64,000 nucleotides of DNA from Opitutia bacterium (GCA_947478395.1 CANJVR010000003.1:160001-224000); one strand, 5' to 3'. Shown: positions 33,174-43,914, counted from the first letter of the stretch. The notes: generated by a model from the letters alone, not told the origin. Made by a program: numbers and translations.

Positions 33174-35411
33174 ATGCCCGATTCGACGCGTCGTGAATTT
33201 CTAAAAACCTCCGTGATCGCCGGCGCCGCCGTGACGCTCGGCGAATACCCGCTTCGCTCCGCGCGCGCGGCGGAGCCGACCGGCGCGCCTGACATGCGTG
33301 CGGCGATTCCTCCCCCGCCCTCTTGGATCGACAAACCGATGCGCTGGGCGCAGCTCACGCTCGTCGAAGACGATCCCGCCCCGGGCAAATTCGATCTGAA
33401 TTTCTGGCTCGATTACTTTGCGCGCACGAAATCGGACGCCGTGTGCCTGAGCGGCGGCGGCTGCGTCGCCTACTATCCCACCCAAATTCCGTTTCACCAC
33501 CGTAGCGCCTGGCTGGGCAATCGCGATGTGCTGGGCGAGTTGATCGCTGGCTGTCGTAAACTCGGCATGGTCGTCGTAGCCCGCACCGATCCGCACGCGA
33601 CCTACGATGACGCGGAGGCCGCACATCCCGACTGGATTCACGTCACGGCCGAGGGCCAGCGCCGCCGTCACTGGGCCTCCCCCGAAATGTGGGTCACTTG
33701 CGCGCTCGGGCCCTACAACTTCGATTTCATGACCGACGTGAAGCGGGAGATCGCGACGACGTACCGGCCCGATGGGATTTTCATCAACCGCTGGGACGGC
33801 TCGGGCCAGTGTTACTGCGAGCACTGTCGGAAAAACTTCCGCGACGCCTCCGGTTTCGACCTTCCGCGCTCCAACAACCTCCAGGACCCGGCGCGCCGCG
33901 CGTACATGCTCTGGCGGCAGGAGCGGCTCTTTGCGTTGTGGCGAAAATGGGATGACGCCGTGCGCGCGGTGAACCCGGATTCGTGCGTGATCCCGAATGG
34001 CGGTGGCGGTGCGACCAGTTCGCTCGACATGAAACGCATCGGCGAACTCGCCCCGACGTTGATGGCGGATCATCAGGCGCGGCGCGGTCTCATGCCGCCT
34101 TGGGGCAACGGCAAACGCGGCAAGGAATTTCGCGCCACGATGGCCGGCAAGCCCATCGTCGGGATTTTCAGCGTCGGCCTCGAGGAGCCTTACCGCTGGA
34201 AAGACTCGGTGCAAAACGCCGCCGAGATCCGGCTCTGGGCCCTCGACGGCATCGCGAACGGGCTGCGGCCCTGGTTCACAAAATTCGCCGGCAGCGTCAA
34301 CGACCCGCGCTGGCTGCAACCCGTCGAGGAACTCTACGGCTGGTGCGCCACGCACGAACGTTACCTGCGCAACGAGCGGCCCGTCGCGCGCGTGGGGCTG
34401 GTTTATTCGCAGCAGACGGCGTGGTTTGTCGCGGGCGATCGCGGCGCGCGTGATGCAACGGAGGACGCCGGACTCGGCTGGTATCACGCACTGATCGAGT
34501 CGCGCGTGCCGTTCGAAATGGTGCACGACCGCCTGCTCGACGCGGAGCATCTGGCAAGTTTCAAGACGCTGATCCTGCCGAACATCGCGGCGCTGTCCGA
34601 CGCGCAGTGCGCCCAGCTCCGGCAATTCGTGGCGCGCGGCGGCGGCATCGTGGCCACGTCCGAGACATCGGTCTACGACGAGTGGGGCGTGAAACGAAAG
34701 GACTTCGGCCTCGCTGATCTTTTCGGCGTGAGTTTCACCGGTCGTACCGACGGCCCGATGCACAACGCCTACCTGCGGCTCGAGCACGACACCGCGAAGG
34801 GCCATCCGCTGCTCGCCGGGCTCGAGGACGCGCCACGCATCATTCACGGCGTGTGGCGGCTCGACGTGACGCCGAAGGAAAAATTCCTGGCGCCGCCGCT
34901 GACCTTCATTCCGTCGTACCCGGATTTGCCGATGGAGAAAATATTCACGAAGACACCGCGCACCGACATCGCGCAGGTCTTCATGCGGGAAATCGGCGCA
35001 GGCCGCGTGGTGTATTTTCCGTGGGACATCGATCGAACGTTCTGGGAAATCCTCGACGTCGATCACGGCAAGCTACTCCGCAACGCCGTGACGTGGGCGA
35101 CGAACGAACCGCAGCCGGTCACGGTCGCCGGGCCCGGCGTGCTCGATGTCGCGACGTGGCAGCAGAAAAATTCGTTCACCGTTCATCTGGTTAACCTCAC
35201 GAATCCGATGATGATGAAAGGCCCGATCCGGGAGTTTCTACCGGTCGGTGCGCAAACCGTGCGGCTGCGGCTGCCGGCTGGCGCGAAGCCGCGCGGAGTG
35301 AAATTTCTCGTCGGAAAGCAAACTCCGGTGTCACGTCGCGACGGCGAATGGCTCGAGGTCATCGTGCCAACAATCCTCGACCATGAGGTGATCGCGATCG
35401 ATCTGGCTTAG
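33174..35411 (+). CDS. Tat-exported putative glycoside hydrolase (GHL6/GH42-like barrel plus beta-galactosidase trimerisation domain)
   Basis: STRREFLK Tat motif; CYCEHC; LILPN...LSD.Q...LRQFV.RGG.IVAT. Confidence 0.75.
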   Translation: MPDSTRREFLKTSVIAGAAVTLGEYPLRSARAAEPTGAPDMRAAIPPPPSWIDKPMRWAQLTLVEDDPAPGKFDLNFWLDYFARTKSDAVCLSGGGCVAYYPTQIPFHHRSAWLGNRDVLGELIAGCRKLGMVVVARTDPHATYDDAEAAHPDWIHVTAEGQRRRHWASPEMWVTCALGPYNFDFMTDVKREIATTYRPDGIFINRWDGSGQCYCEHCRKNFRDASGFDLPRSNNLQDPARRAYMLWRQERLFALWRKWDDAVRAVNPDSCVIPNGGGGATSSLDMKRIGELAPTLMADHQARRGLMPPWGNGKRGKEFRATMAGKPIVGIFSVGLEEPYRWKDSVQNAAEIRLWALDGIANGLRPWFTKFAGSVNDPRWLQPVEELYGWCATHERYLRNERPVARVGLVYSQQTAWFVAGDRGARDATEDAGLGWYHALIESRVPFEMVHDRLLDAEHLASFKTLILPNIAALSDAQCAQLRQFVARGGGIVATSETSVYDEWGVKRKDFGLADLFGVSFTGRTDGPMHNAYLRLEHDTAKGHPLLAGLEDAPRIIHGVWRLDVTPKEKFLAPPLTFIPSYPDLPMEKIFTKTPRTDIAQVFMREIGAGRVVYFPWDIDRTFWEILDVDHGKLLRNAVTWATNEPQPVTVAGPGVLDVATWQQKNSFTVHLVNLTNPMMMKGPIREFLPVGAQTVRLRLPAGAKPRGVKFLVGKQTPVSRRDGEWLEVIVPTILDHEVIAIDLA

Positions 35412-35502
35412 CTTGGAGCATGGTATTTCTAACCAGGCGCTCCATGGTTTATCTTGTCGGATGGAAACATTCACGGTTTCTCGTAGTCCCAGCACCCCAA
35501 TC

Positions 35503-35850
35503 ATGAATTCGAAATTCGCCGGCCTCTTGGCTTTCGCTGCATCAGGCCTCTTGACGGGCTGCTACACGACGGACGGGCGCGTGGTGAATACAGACCAGCC
35601 CGGCCCCGCCGTCGGCGCGGCCGTCGGCACGGCGGTCGGCGCAGTCGCCGGCAATGTGGCTGGCGCGGTCGTCGGCGTCGGCGAAGGCGCGATCGGTGCG
35701 GCGAAGGTCCCTTTCAATACGGATCGGCGCATCATCCGCCAGTGGCGCACGGAAACGACGGCTGACGGTCGCACGATTCAAGTCCCGCACGAATTCGAGG
35801 TCGACGCCCAAGGCCGTATTATTCGTGAAGTGAAGCCGACGACGAATTGA
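35503..35850 (+). CDS. Small lipoprotein with glycine-zipper segment
   Basis: Lipobox LTGC; GAAVGTAVGAVAGNVAGAVVG. Confidence 0.75.
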   Translation: MNSKFAGLLAFAASGLLTGCYTTDGRVVNTDQPGPAVGAAVGTAVGAVAGNVAGAVVGVGEGAIGAAKVPFNTDRRIIRQWRTETTADGRTIQVPHEFEVDAQGRIIREVKPTTN

Positions 35851-35916
35851 GCTGGATCCGAAATGGCGGCGGAGCGAGCGCGTCTCGCCTCCATCGACAC
35901 GAATCGAGTATTCGAC

Positions 35917-35942
35917 AAAAAAGCCGGCTCGATCGAGCCGGC
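35917..35942 (-). terminator. Terminator of the lpoB operon
   Basis: Minus strand GCCGGCTC-GATC-GAGCCGGC-TTTTTT. Confidence 0.75.
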
Positions 35943-35968
35943 GGTAGTGAAACGAAATCGAATTTTAC

Positions 35969-36580
35969 TCAAAACCCAACCGAAGGCCTCTTTCCCTGCT
36001 TCGTGATCTGGCTTTCGTTTTCCCAGACTGCGATACCATCCTTCACGGTCGTCAGTGAAAGTTGAAACGTGTAGGTCACCTGACGCGTGCTGCCGGCGCG
36101 GGCCCGGTCTTCGAGCAGTTTACCGGAAAGCGTGTAGTACGGGAGCGTGGTTTTCTGCTTTTCGCCGTTCAACATCGCGTTCATCTGCGCGGCTTCTTTA
36201 GCCATCGGATCCTCGGCGTTGCCGCCCAACCCCATCGTCGTCGTCGTCACGATCTTGCCGGATTGATTCAGCGCGACGCGGATCTTCTTCACCAGCGAGT
36301 CGGTATCAATCTGTTGCTGGGTGTTGTTGACGATGCGGGATATCGCCATGAGCGCGGGCTGTTGCGGGGCGCGCTCAAGCACGCCGCTCGAAAGCAGCGA
36401 AGCCACCATTTTTTCCGCGGCGTTGTTCCAGTCTTGGATATTAATCTGATCGAGAGAAACGATCGTGTTGGTGCTGTCCGAGGCCACGTACCTCGCCTCC
36501 GTGGGAGCGGTGTCACAGCCCGACAGGAAAAACAAGGCGGGGACGACGGCGGTGCCGGCAAGGATACGGAATGATTTCAT
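35969..36580 (-). CDS. lpoB: Penicillin-binding protein activator LpoB-family lipoprotein
   Basis: Lipobox LSGC; DW..AAEKMV.SLL, I.NNT.Q.IDT, Y.FQLSL...GIAVW......KQ. Confidence 0.82.
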   Translation of the reverse strand: MKSFRILAGTAVVPALFFLSGCDTAPTEARYVASDSTNTIVSLDQINIQDWNNAAEKMVASLLSSGVLERAPQQPALMAISRIVNNTQQQIDTDSLVKKIRVALNQSGKIVTTTTMGLGGNAEDPMAKEAAQMNAMLNGEKQKTTLPYYTLSGKLLEDRARAGSTRQVTYTFQLSLTTVKDGIAVWENESQITKQGKRPSVGF

Positions 36581-36601
36581 AATGGGAAAAGCGGCCTGGA
36601 A

Positions 36602-37030
36602 TTAAAAATTAGCCGGGGAAACCTCTTTGAGTTTGAGCGTGAAATCCACCGCTTTCGGCGAAATCGCGGTGGAGGAAATGGTCTGCGTTTCACGTCCGCT
36701 GAAACTGAGAGACTGCCATGATTGCGTGATGCCGTTCGTCGCCATGCCGTCCTGATCGGTCCACTCGAATTTGTAGCTGATCGTGCGGCTGTTGTTCTTG
36801 GCGTTTTCCAGGGTGACCTGGACCTTCTTCAGATTTCCCGACACGACGGCGTCATTGACGGAAACAACCCGGATAAGACCGCCGAGCGACTGGTCGGTGA
36901 TCACGCGTTTGTCCGCCACCATGTTCGGCCGGGCGCTCGGCTGAGCGTTGGCGACGGAGTTGACGTTGGTGGCGCAGCCCGTGACGAGTGCGAGGCCGGC
37001 GATGGCCGCGAGAACGAGGATGGATTTCAT
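36602..37030 (-). CDS. YcfL/DUF1425-family lipoprotein
   Basis: Lipobox VTGC; YKFEW.DQDG; SPKAVDF. Confidence 0.85.
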   Translation of the reverse strand: MKSILVLAAIAGLALVTGCATNVNSVANAQPSARPNMVADKRVITDQSLGGLIRVVSVNDAVVSGNLKKVQVTLENAKNNSRTISYKFEWTDQDGMATNGITQSWQSLSFSGRETQTISSTAISPKAVDFTLKLKEVSPANF

Positions 37031-37119
37031 GGTGTTTCGAGAATTAAAACCCGACGAATGATCTCCGCCGGGCGCGGCTTAAAATAAACCCTAGGTGCCC
37101 GATCGTGGTGAAAATGTTC

Positions 37120-38715
37120 CTAGGGTTTCAGAACAAACTGATCAACCAGCAGAGGGCCGGTCGCGTTGGTGCTCTTCACGTAGACGACATTAACGCGGCC
37201 CGCGCTGAGCTCGATATTCCGGGTTTGTCCCCCGGCATCGAGCGCCAGCTTGCGGTCGGGGGGCGTCGCCACGCGAACGTATTGAAATTGCTTGGGCAAG
37301 CTGCGCCAAGTGCGGGTATCGGCGATATTCATCGAGGCGCCGGCTGCCGCGGTGACGGCCTTGGCCGCTAGCTGGCCCATGTAGCCCAACCGGTCTGAAG
37401 CCTGTTTTTGAATGACCGCGTCCATCGCAGCTTTGAGCGATGTGGCGATGATGGTTTTCGTGGCCATCGGCCACCAGTCGTTTTTGAAGTCCTGCGCGAC
37501 AACACTGTCCATCGTACAAATGACCGAGCTGCTCCATGTCTCGGTACCGGCCGTGACTTTCAATTCAGGGATGAAATCGTTTTGGAATTTCAGTTTTGGA
37601 AACGCGGCGCCCGCATACGAAAGTTTGCCGGTGATGAGAAAAACCGGGATGTCGATGCGCAGCTGTTCGCGGAACGGTGCGGCCCCGGTTTCAAAGATGA
37701 TGTAGGTCAGACCGGAGGGCAGATTGCCAGTGGCGGCAGCCTCGGCGGCAGCGAAGTCGGCTTTGGCATAGGGATTATCGGGAGCAAAACCGGCGACGCG
37801 TTCGAGAGATTTGCGCGCGCGTTCGAGGTCGGCGTTGTTTTCCGCGTTCGACAGGAAAAACAGCCCGTCAAGGAACACGACAAAAGGATTCACGTAATCC
37901 CCGTAAGGTTTGATCTGCGTATTGAGCTCGGTCTCGACTTCGGCGAACGCGGGCCCGGATTTCGGGTCGGCCCTGACCTTCTCGATATCGGTGGGGCCGC
38001 CTTCACCAACCTTGGCCTCTTGCGCAGCCTCTTGCGCGGCCTGTTGCGCTTGCTCGATGCGTTTGGCGTTCTCGGCCACGGCATCGCGCTGACGCTGGAG
38101 CGCGCGATTGAGTTCGACGCGGGCCGCGTCCTTGTCGCCTAGCTGGATATAATTAAGCGCCTTGTAGGCGTTCATCATCACCTTGTCGTAGGCGCGGCCA
38201 CGATAAGGCAGGTTCTGTTGATTGGTGAAAAGCGCACCGGCTTCACGGCCGAGCCTTATCTGCGCCTGCTCGTCGTAATCGTTGACCTTTTCTTCCGCGA
38301 GATTGAAGGCCGCGATGCTTTGGCGGAGATAGGCCCGGTCGGGCGTTGGAGCGGGGGCCGCTGGCGCGGCGACGTTGGTCTCGGTCTGCGTCGCCGTGGT
38401 TGCGGTGCCGAGCGCTGCGGCCGGCTTCACCGGTTCTGCCACCACGGGCAGCGGGATTTCTGCGAGGGCCGCCTGACGCAAAATGGCGCCCTGCTCCAGG
38501 CGAGCAATCACGGCGTCGGCCGAATTCTTTTCGGCGTCAGCCCGTTTGTTCGCCATGTCCACCGCCGCCGCAATCGACCCGGAACGAACGGCGGTGTCTT
38601 GGGCCGTCGTTTCAGCCGTGTAAGTTTGGCAACCAGTCAAAGCCGCGGCGACGACGGTGACCGCGGTGAGGAAGAAACCGGGGCGAAGATTTTGCGGGAT
38701 GCGGGTTGGTGACAT
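37120..38715 (-). CDS. COG3014-like TPR lipoprotein
   Basis: Lipobox LTGC; PY.G..YDKVM.N.YKALNY...ARVELNRA; ADTRTWRSLP; start set to ATG 38715. Confidence 0.8.
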   Translation of the reverse strand: MSPTRIPQNLRPGFFLTAVTVVAAALTGCQTYTAETTAQDTAVRSGSIAAAVDMANKRADAEKNSADAVIARLEQGAILRQAALAEIPLPVVAEPVKPAAALGTATTATQTETNVAAPAAPAPTPDRAYLRQSIAAFNLAEEKVNDYDEQAQIRLGREAGALFTNQQNLPYRGRAYDKVMMNAYKALNYIQLGDKDAARVELNRALQRQRDAVAENAKRIEQAQQAAQEAAQEAKVGEGGPTDIEKVRADPKSGPAFAEVETELNTQIKPYGDYVNPFVVFLDGLFFLSNAENNADLERARKSLERVAGFAPDNPYAKADFAAAEAAATGNLPSGLTYIIFETGAAPFREQLRIDIPVFLITGKLSYAGAAFPKLKFQNDFIPELKVTAGTETWSSSVICTMDSVVAQDFKNDWWPMATKTIIATSLKAAMDAVIQKQASDRLGYMGQLAAKAVTAAAGASMNIADTRTWRSLPKQFQYVRVATPPDRKLALDAGGQTRNIELSAGRVNVVYVKSTNATGPLLVDQFVLKP

Positions 38716-38794
38716 GAAAACGGCGAGTTGCAGCAGAAATGGATGAGGAAAAGAAGCCACGGGGGAGCCCGCGGTTTCAGAGCTTGCAGGGGTA

Positions 38795-39658
38795 TTATTG
38801 TTCGACGCGTCGCAGGACGGCACCGCGATCGATGCCGGTGTCGTCTAGGATTGTGGCCTGCGAGGTCGCGGGATTCACGCGCGTGACACGGACCTTGCCT
38901 ACGGCCATTTCCTCTTTGCCGAGGCTCTTGCCCGTATCGGGGTCGATCAGCTCTTGGCCGAGGGCGAACACCTCCCAGAGCTGGCCGGTGACCATGCCCG
39001 CGGCGTCGCCGCGGTTGATCGTGACCATTTTGTCGATCTTGGAAACGACGCGGGCCGGATAACCAATATCCACGACGCGTTGGGCGATCTTCTCGGCCAT
39101 GGTGCGCGTGAGTTTCACCAGCAAGGCATCGGAGGTCTCACCGTCCTTGACGCCAAGCTGCTCCTCGGCGTCGGCGTTTTGCTCCTGAAAATTTGCGGTC
39201 GCGATGATCTTGTTGGTCTTCGCGTCATAGATTTTGCCGACGGCCGAGAAACGAACAACGCGCTGCGTGACGGTTTTGCCGAGAGCCGCGAACGTGGCCG
39301 TTTTTACCGCATCCTGGAAATCGTCGACGGATACAACGAGCAGGTAATCCGCGTCGCCAAATTCGAAGACCCGCTTCGTGGCCCCGGCTTCCGTGGCGAG
39401 GGCATCGGCGTCGGAGCGGCCGAGAATTTCATATTTTTGGGTGCTCTCGAGCGCAGCGATCAGCTGGCCGTCGAGCGCCTCGGTCATGCGAGCCATCGAG
39501 ATCGCTTTGCCGGATTTGAGCGCCGCAGCGGAAACAGCGGCGCCGGCTTTGACTTTGCCGACGGCAAGTTTCTTGGGTCCGACGGGAGCTTGAGCAAAGA
39601 CCGTGGCGACGGACATCGTTGCGGCGAGCACGGCGGAGAAAATAGGGGCGAGGCGCAT
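38795..39658 (-). CDS. CsgG/FlgT-like secreted protein
   Basis: Signal peptide; K.EILGR, ADYLLV, INRG...G......VF..G.ELIDPDTG..LG. Confidence 0.72.
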   Translation of the reverse strand: MRLAPIFSAVLAATMSVATVFAQAPVGPKKLAVGKVKAGAAVSAAALKSGKAISMARMTEALDGQLIAALESTQKYEILGRSDADALATEAGATKRVFEFGDADYLLVVSVDDFQDAVKTATFAALGKTVTQRVVRFSAVGKIYDAKTNKIIATANFQEQNADAEEQLGVKDGETSDALLVKLTRTMAEKIAQRVVDIGYPARVVSKIDKMVTINRGDAAGMVTGQLWEVFALGQELIDPDTGKSLGKEEMAVGKVRVTRVNPATSQATILDDTGIDRGAVLRRVEQ

Positions 39659-39718
39659 GGCAGGAATAGATTGAAAATGAAAGAGCGGGTTAAAAGGGGA
39701 CGACTCGTGATCGGCTAA

Positions 39719-40873
39719 TTACCAGCGCAGGCCGGGAATCACGAATTTAACGTTCTCGTTGGTGTCGATGCGGGAGAAACTCTCCGAGAGCATTTTGCCG
39801 TAACCTTCGAGCACCTTAACCTGTCCGTCGGCCAGTTTGGCGTTATTCGTAAGTTCATTGAGAAACGCGGCGGCGTCTTTCCAGCGAGCGTAGCCGGCGT
39901 CACTCATCGTGAGGGCGACGGTAAGCGTCTGACCTTCGACGGCATTGACGGTGCGCTCGAACGGTTTGAAGCCCTCACGTGTGACGCGAAGCTTGGCGAA
40001 GCCCGGACGGAGCGAAACTTTTCCGGGCGCGGTGCCGACGGTCACGCCATCAACTTCGACGGTCGCGTTAAGGGGCGCGAGTTTGAATTTCGATTCACCG
40101 ATTGTGACGAGATTTTCCACGCCAACACGCACGTCAGGGATCATCATTTCGGCCGCCTCCACCTGAATCGTGATGTTCACGAAATTCGCCTTCGGCGCGG
40201 CCGCGGCGATCTTGTTCTGGGCGATGCGCACCTTCAGGCCCGCGGTCATTTTTTGCGCCGCTTCATCGAGCATGCCGTCGACGATATTCGCCGTGTCGGT
40301 GCCGGCCGCCGCAGTCTGTTGAAACGTTTTGCTTACGCGCACGGTGTCTCCGGTCAGGCTGCCTCCGCCAGAAGCGTCGACGATTTTGTAGGTCACCCGG
40401 AGCGTGCGTTCCTGGTTGGTGAGTTTCACGCCGTAAGCGTCGATCTTGCCGTCCTGCGCGGAGAGTCCGGCGATGGAAGCCTGGATGATGTAGTCCACCC
40501 CCATATTCTGCGCCAGGCGCAAGGCGGAGGATTGCTCGGTGAGTTGAGCGTCGAGACCGTCCGCCGGACGCGGCTTGGAAGCGACGACGGGATCGAACTT
40601 GCGGAGCGAATCGACGACCAGTTCACGCGTGAGAACGTTGAAGCCAAGGTCCGTCACCTGCGACGAGATGTAGTCTTCAAGGACGGGAACCTTCGCGTCC
40701 AGCTCTGCGCCGGCTCGATTTGTGATGAAGATCGCAGCCTTGAAAATCTTCGGCGCGTTCTCGTTGGCCGCGGCGGTCGCGGCGGGAAGGGGCGCTTGAA
40801 CGGCGGCTTGGGCAAAAGCGCTAACGAGCGCTAAGCCAGACATGAACCAGATTCGAAGAGCGTGCATTGTCAT
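39719..40873 (-). CDS. Secreted protein with TolB_N/CsgG-like N-terminal domain and PEGA domain
   Basis: Signal peptide; LAQNMGVDYIIQASI; ATVEVDG..VGTAP....L.PG...L.V.REGFKP. Confidence 0.7.
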   Translation of the reverse strand: MTMHALRIWFMSGLALVSAFAQAAVQAPLPAATAAANENAPKIFKAAIFITNRAGAELDAKVPVLEDYISSQVTDLGFNVLTRELVVDSLRKFDPVVASKPRPADGLDAQLTEQSSALRLAQNMGVDYIIQASIAGLSAQDGKIDAYGVKLTNQERTLRVTYKIVDASGGGSLTGDTVRVSKTFQQTAAAGTDTANIVDGMLDEAAQKMTAGLKVRIAQNKIAAAAPKANFVNITIQVEAAEMMIPDVRVGVENLVTIGESKFKLAPLNATVEVDGVTVGTAPGKVSLRPGFAKLRVTREGFKPFERTVNAVEGQTLTVALTMSDAGYARWKDAAAFLNELTNNAKLADGQVKVLEGYGKMLSESFSRIDTNENVKFVIPGLRW

Positions 40874-41000
40874 AGGTTAGGAATGCGATCGAACGGCCGA
40901 ATTTTAGTTCCCCAATCAATTTGCGACGGCAAACAAAATGGCGCGCGTGGTTTGCATCCGACCCGCGCATTCATGCGTAAATGCTTTCCCGCCTCAAACC

Positions 41001-42146
41001 TCAACTGCGGGTCAGCTTTCGTTTCAGATCGCGCGCTTGAGCGAACGCGATTTCGACATTTTCGGCCCGTACGGTGAAATGGCCCATCTTGCGCCCGGGT
41101 CGCGGTTCCGTTTTGCCGTAGAGATGGAGCTTCGCCCGCGCGGTCGCGAAGATGGCTGGCCAATCCGGCGCACCGACGACCTTCCCGTCCGACCAATGCC
41201 AGGCGTCCCCGAGGATGTTCACCATCACCGTGGGCTCGCGCACGCTGGGGTCGCCCAACGGCAGACCACAGACCGCGCGCACGTGCTGCTCGAACTGGCT
41301 CGTTTCCCCGCCGTCGAGCGACCAGTGCCCGCTGTTATGGGGACGCGGGGCCAGCTCGTTGACGAGCAGGTCGCCTCCGGTGGTTAGGAAGAGCTCGACG
41401 GCGAGCAGGCCCACGACGCCGAGCTTTTCCGCAATGCGGGTCGCCAGCGCTTCCGCCGCGCGAGCGGTTTCGACCGCCACCCGCGCCGGCACGAGGGAAA
41501 AATCGAGGATGTGATGGGTGTGGATATTTTCCGCGACGGGAAAAGCGCGGGTCTCGCCCGGCAAATTGCGCGCAACGATCACAGAGAGCTCGCGGGAAAA
41601 TTCGCACCACGCTTCGACGACGCAACGCCGCCCGCGAAAAATCGCCACGGCTTGTTCGAGGTCGGCGGGCGTCGCGAGCTTCATCTGCCCTTTGCCGTCG
41701 TAGCCAAAGTCGGCGGTTTTCACGACACACGGCAGCCCCACTTCAGCGACCGCCGCGGCGATGTCGCCGTCGAGCGCCTCGGCGAAACGCACGTGGGGAA
41801 ATTCATTTGCGCGCAGCCACGCTTTTTCCCGCTGACGGTTCTGGCAGATGTGCAGGACCTCGGCGCGCGGGTATAAGGGCACGAGCGCGGCGAGCGCGGC
41901 GAGCGGCCCGGCGGGGATGTTTTCGAATTCGTAGGTAATGACGTCGACGGACCGCGCAAAAGCCGTGAGCGCGGCCAAGTCGTCGTAGCTGGCGTTGACT
42001 TCCCGATTCGCCACGGCTCCGGCCGGGCATTGGGACTGGGGCTCGAACACGTGCACCCGGTAGCCAAGCGTTTGGGCTGCCTGTGCCAGCATGCGGCCGA
42101 GCTGACCGCCGCCGAGTACGCCGATGGTTTGACCGGGAAGAATCAT
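41001..42146 (-). CDS. purK: N5-carboxyaminoimidazole ribonucleotide synthase
   Basis: GGGQLGRML, TYEFEN, GYDGKGQ, NELAPRPHNSGH, HLYGK...RKMGH. Confidence 0.97.
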   Translation of the reverse strand: MILPGQTIGVLGGGQLGRMLAQAAQTLGYRVHVFEPQSQCPAGAVANREVNASYDDLAALTAFARSVDVITYEFENIPAGPLAALAALVPLYPRAEVLHICQNRQREKAWLRANEFPHVRFAEALDGDIAAAVAEVGLPCVVKTADFGYDGKGQMKLATPADLEQAVAIFRGRRCVVEAWCEFSRELSVIVARNLPGETRAFPVAENIHTHHILDFSLVPARVAVETARAAEALATRIAEKLGVVGLLAVELFLTTGGDLLVNELAPRPHNSGHWSLDGGETSQFEQHVRAVCGLPLGDPSVREPTVMVNILGDAWHWSDGKVVGAPDWPAIFATARAKLHLYGKTEPRPGRKMGHFTVRAENVEIAFAQARDLKRKLTRS

Positions 42147-42221
42147 TTTACAGGAAGAAACGGAGAGGACTGAGAGGGAAAATCGGGCGGTCAATCCCTC
42201 TGTGCGCCCCCGAGAATCGAA

Positions 42222-42707
42222 TCACGGCAGCTTGGCGGCCAAGACTTTTGCCGTTTGCGCGGCGCGATGCGCGTCAAACGCTTTTTTGATGGGCGCGCTA
42301 CTGTGCGCGAGGAGTTGCGCGGCGAAAAGCGCGGCGTTGATCGCGCCGGGTTTGCCGATTGCGAACGTCGCCACCGGCACGCCGCCCGGCATCTGCACGA
42401 TCGAAAGCAGCGAATCCATGCCCTTGAGCGCGTGCGATTCCACCGGAACACCAAGCACGGGCAGTGCGGTGAGTGAGGCCGTCATGCCCGGCAGATGCGC
42501 GGCGCCACCCGCGCCCGCGATGATGACCTTAAGCCCACGCCGCTCGGCACTTTCAGCGTAAGTGACCATTAGCCTAGGCGTGCGGTGGGCGCTCACTACG
42601 CGTTTCTCGTAAGGCACGCCAAGGGCGTCAAGTTGGGCGGCGGCGTGCTGCATCGTTTCCCAGTCCGAGGCGCTGCCCATAATGATTCCTACAAGCGGTT
42701 TGGCCAT
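42222..42707 (-). CDS. purE: N5-CAIR mutase
   Basis: [39 protein letters not shown]. Confidence 0.98.
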   Translation of the reverse strand: MAKPLVGIIMGSASDWETMQHAAAQLDALGVPYEKRVVSAHRTPRLMVTYAESAERRGLKVIIAGAGGAAHLPGMTASLTALPVLGVPVESHALKGMDSLLSIVQMPGGVPVATFAIGKPGAINAALFAAQLLAHSSAPIKKAFDAHRAAQTAKVLAAKLP

Positions 42708-43128
42708 GCTCCGCAGCCAAAGCCCCCGCCCTCCCCGCTTCAACGGCGAAAAAATAATCCGCCGTTTTCCTCCGCCGCGTGTAACGCATTACATTACGCG
42801 CGGCTGGGATGGAAAAGCGCGGATCCGAAGACTCGGAAAAATCAGACTGGCGACACGCCTCAAGCCAGCGACTCACGATCAACGAAAACCCCCGCGCCGG
42901 GCAAAACCGGACGTTAGAAATGCCGGTGGCTGGAAAACATTCGATCCTCCACCAGCCTTTTTTGCCGACGAGACGTTGGGCCAACCGGCAGTTGCCGGTT
43001 AAAAACAGGCAAAAAATCAGAAGCTATTTAACGATGTCCGGCGCCGCCTCCAGTCCGAGATTATCTTCCCGAGCGGAGATTGGCGGTTTTTTGAATCGGG
43101 CCGGCGGGCGCTGGCCTGCGGTTCTGAC

Positions 43129-43914
43129 TCAGAAGTCGATCGCTTTCATCGGTCCGATTTCGACGCCGAAGTTATCGCCGTACGGTTTCACCCGCTTGAA
43201 ATCGCTGCGCTTCACTTCGTAGTCGCGGCCGCCGGGAATCATCAAAATGGAATAAGATCCGACGCCGCGGGCCGCGACCGGCGTCGGCGCAAATTTCGGA
43301 TCGATCTGGCTGAAATCCAACGAAGCTTCTCCTGATTTTATCTTCACGATCAGGGCTGTTCGCATCGGTTCACGCAGCCGGGCTTCGATTCTTTCGAACG
43401 CCCCGGACGCCTTCCCTACCCGCGCGAGGATGCGGAATTTTTCCGGGGGAAAACGCGTGTTGCCCTCTTTTTTGAGCGGCACTTCGTAAGTCACGCTTTG
43501 GGAATCTTCTTCCGCGATGATGGCGTGGTCCATGTCCATGAGCTCACCCACGGTTTTATTCACGCGATTGGTGCCCTCCTGTTCTTGTTTCGCGGCGCTT
43601 TTCCCCCGGCGTTCCCCTTTCTTCCGATACAACTTGAGATCCGCAGCCGACGGCGCTTTGCCATCGATGGTGATGGGGGCGTACTGCTCAGCGTAGGGTT
43701 TGGAGGGATCGAAGCGCACGACTGCCGTGTTGATCGTTTTGCCCTTGGGATCTTTTTCCACGACTTCCTGCGTGTAGGCCCAGCGATCGGTGTCGCGCGC
43801 CACTTTTTGCACCGCATCATCGAGCAGATCAGGCACACTCCCCCGCACCCAGCTTGAGGCCGCGAGGAGCGTGCCAAGCATGATTCCGGCGGCGGTGAAG
43901 AAGCGTGAATTCAT
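43129..43914 (-). CDS. Hypothetical secreted protein
   Basis: Hydrophobic N-terminus and host-like codon usage; no family recognised. Confidence 0.65.
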   Translation of the reverse strand: MNSRFFTAAGIMLGTLLAASSWVRGSVPDLLDDAVQKVARDTDRWAYTQEVVEKDPKGKTINTAVVRFDPSKPYAEQYAPITIDGKAPSAADLKLYRKKGERRGKSAAKQEQEGTNRVNKTVGELMDMDHAIIAEEDSQSVTYEVPLKKEGNTRFPPEKFRILARVGKASGAFERIEARLREPMRTALIVKIKSGEASLDFSQIDPKFAPTPVAARGVGSYSILMIPGGRDYEVKRSDFKRVKPYGDNFGVEIGPMKAIDF

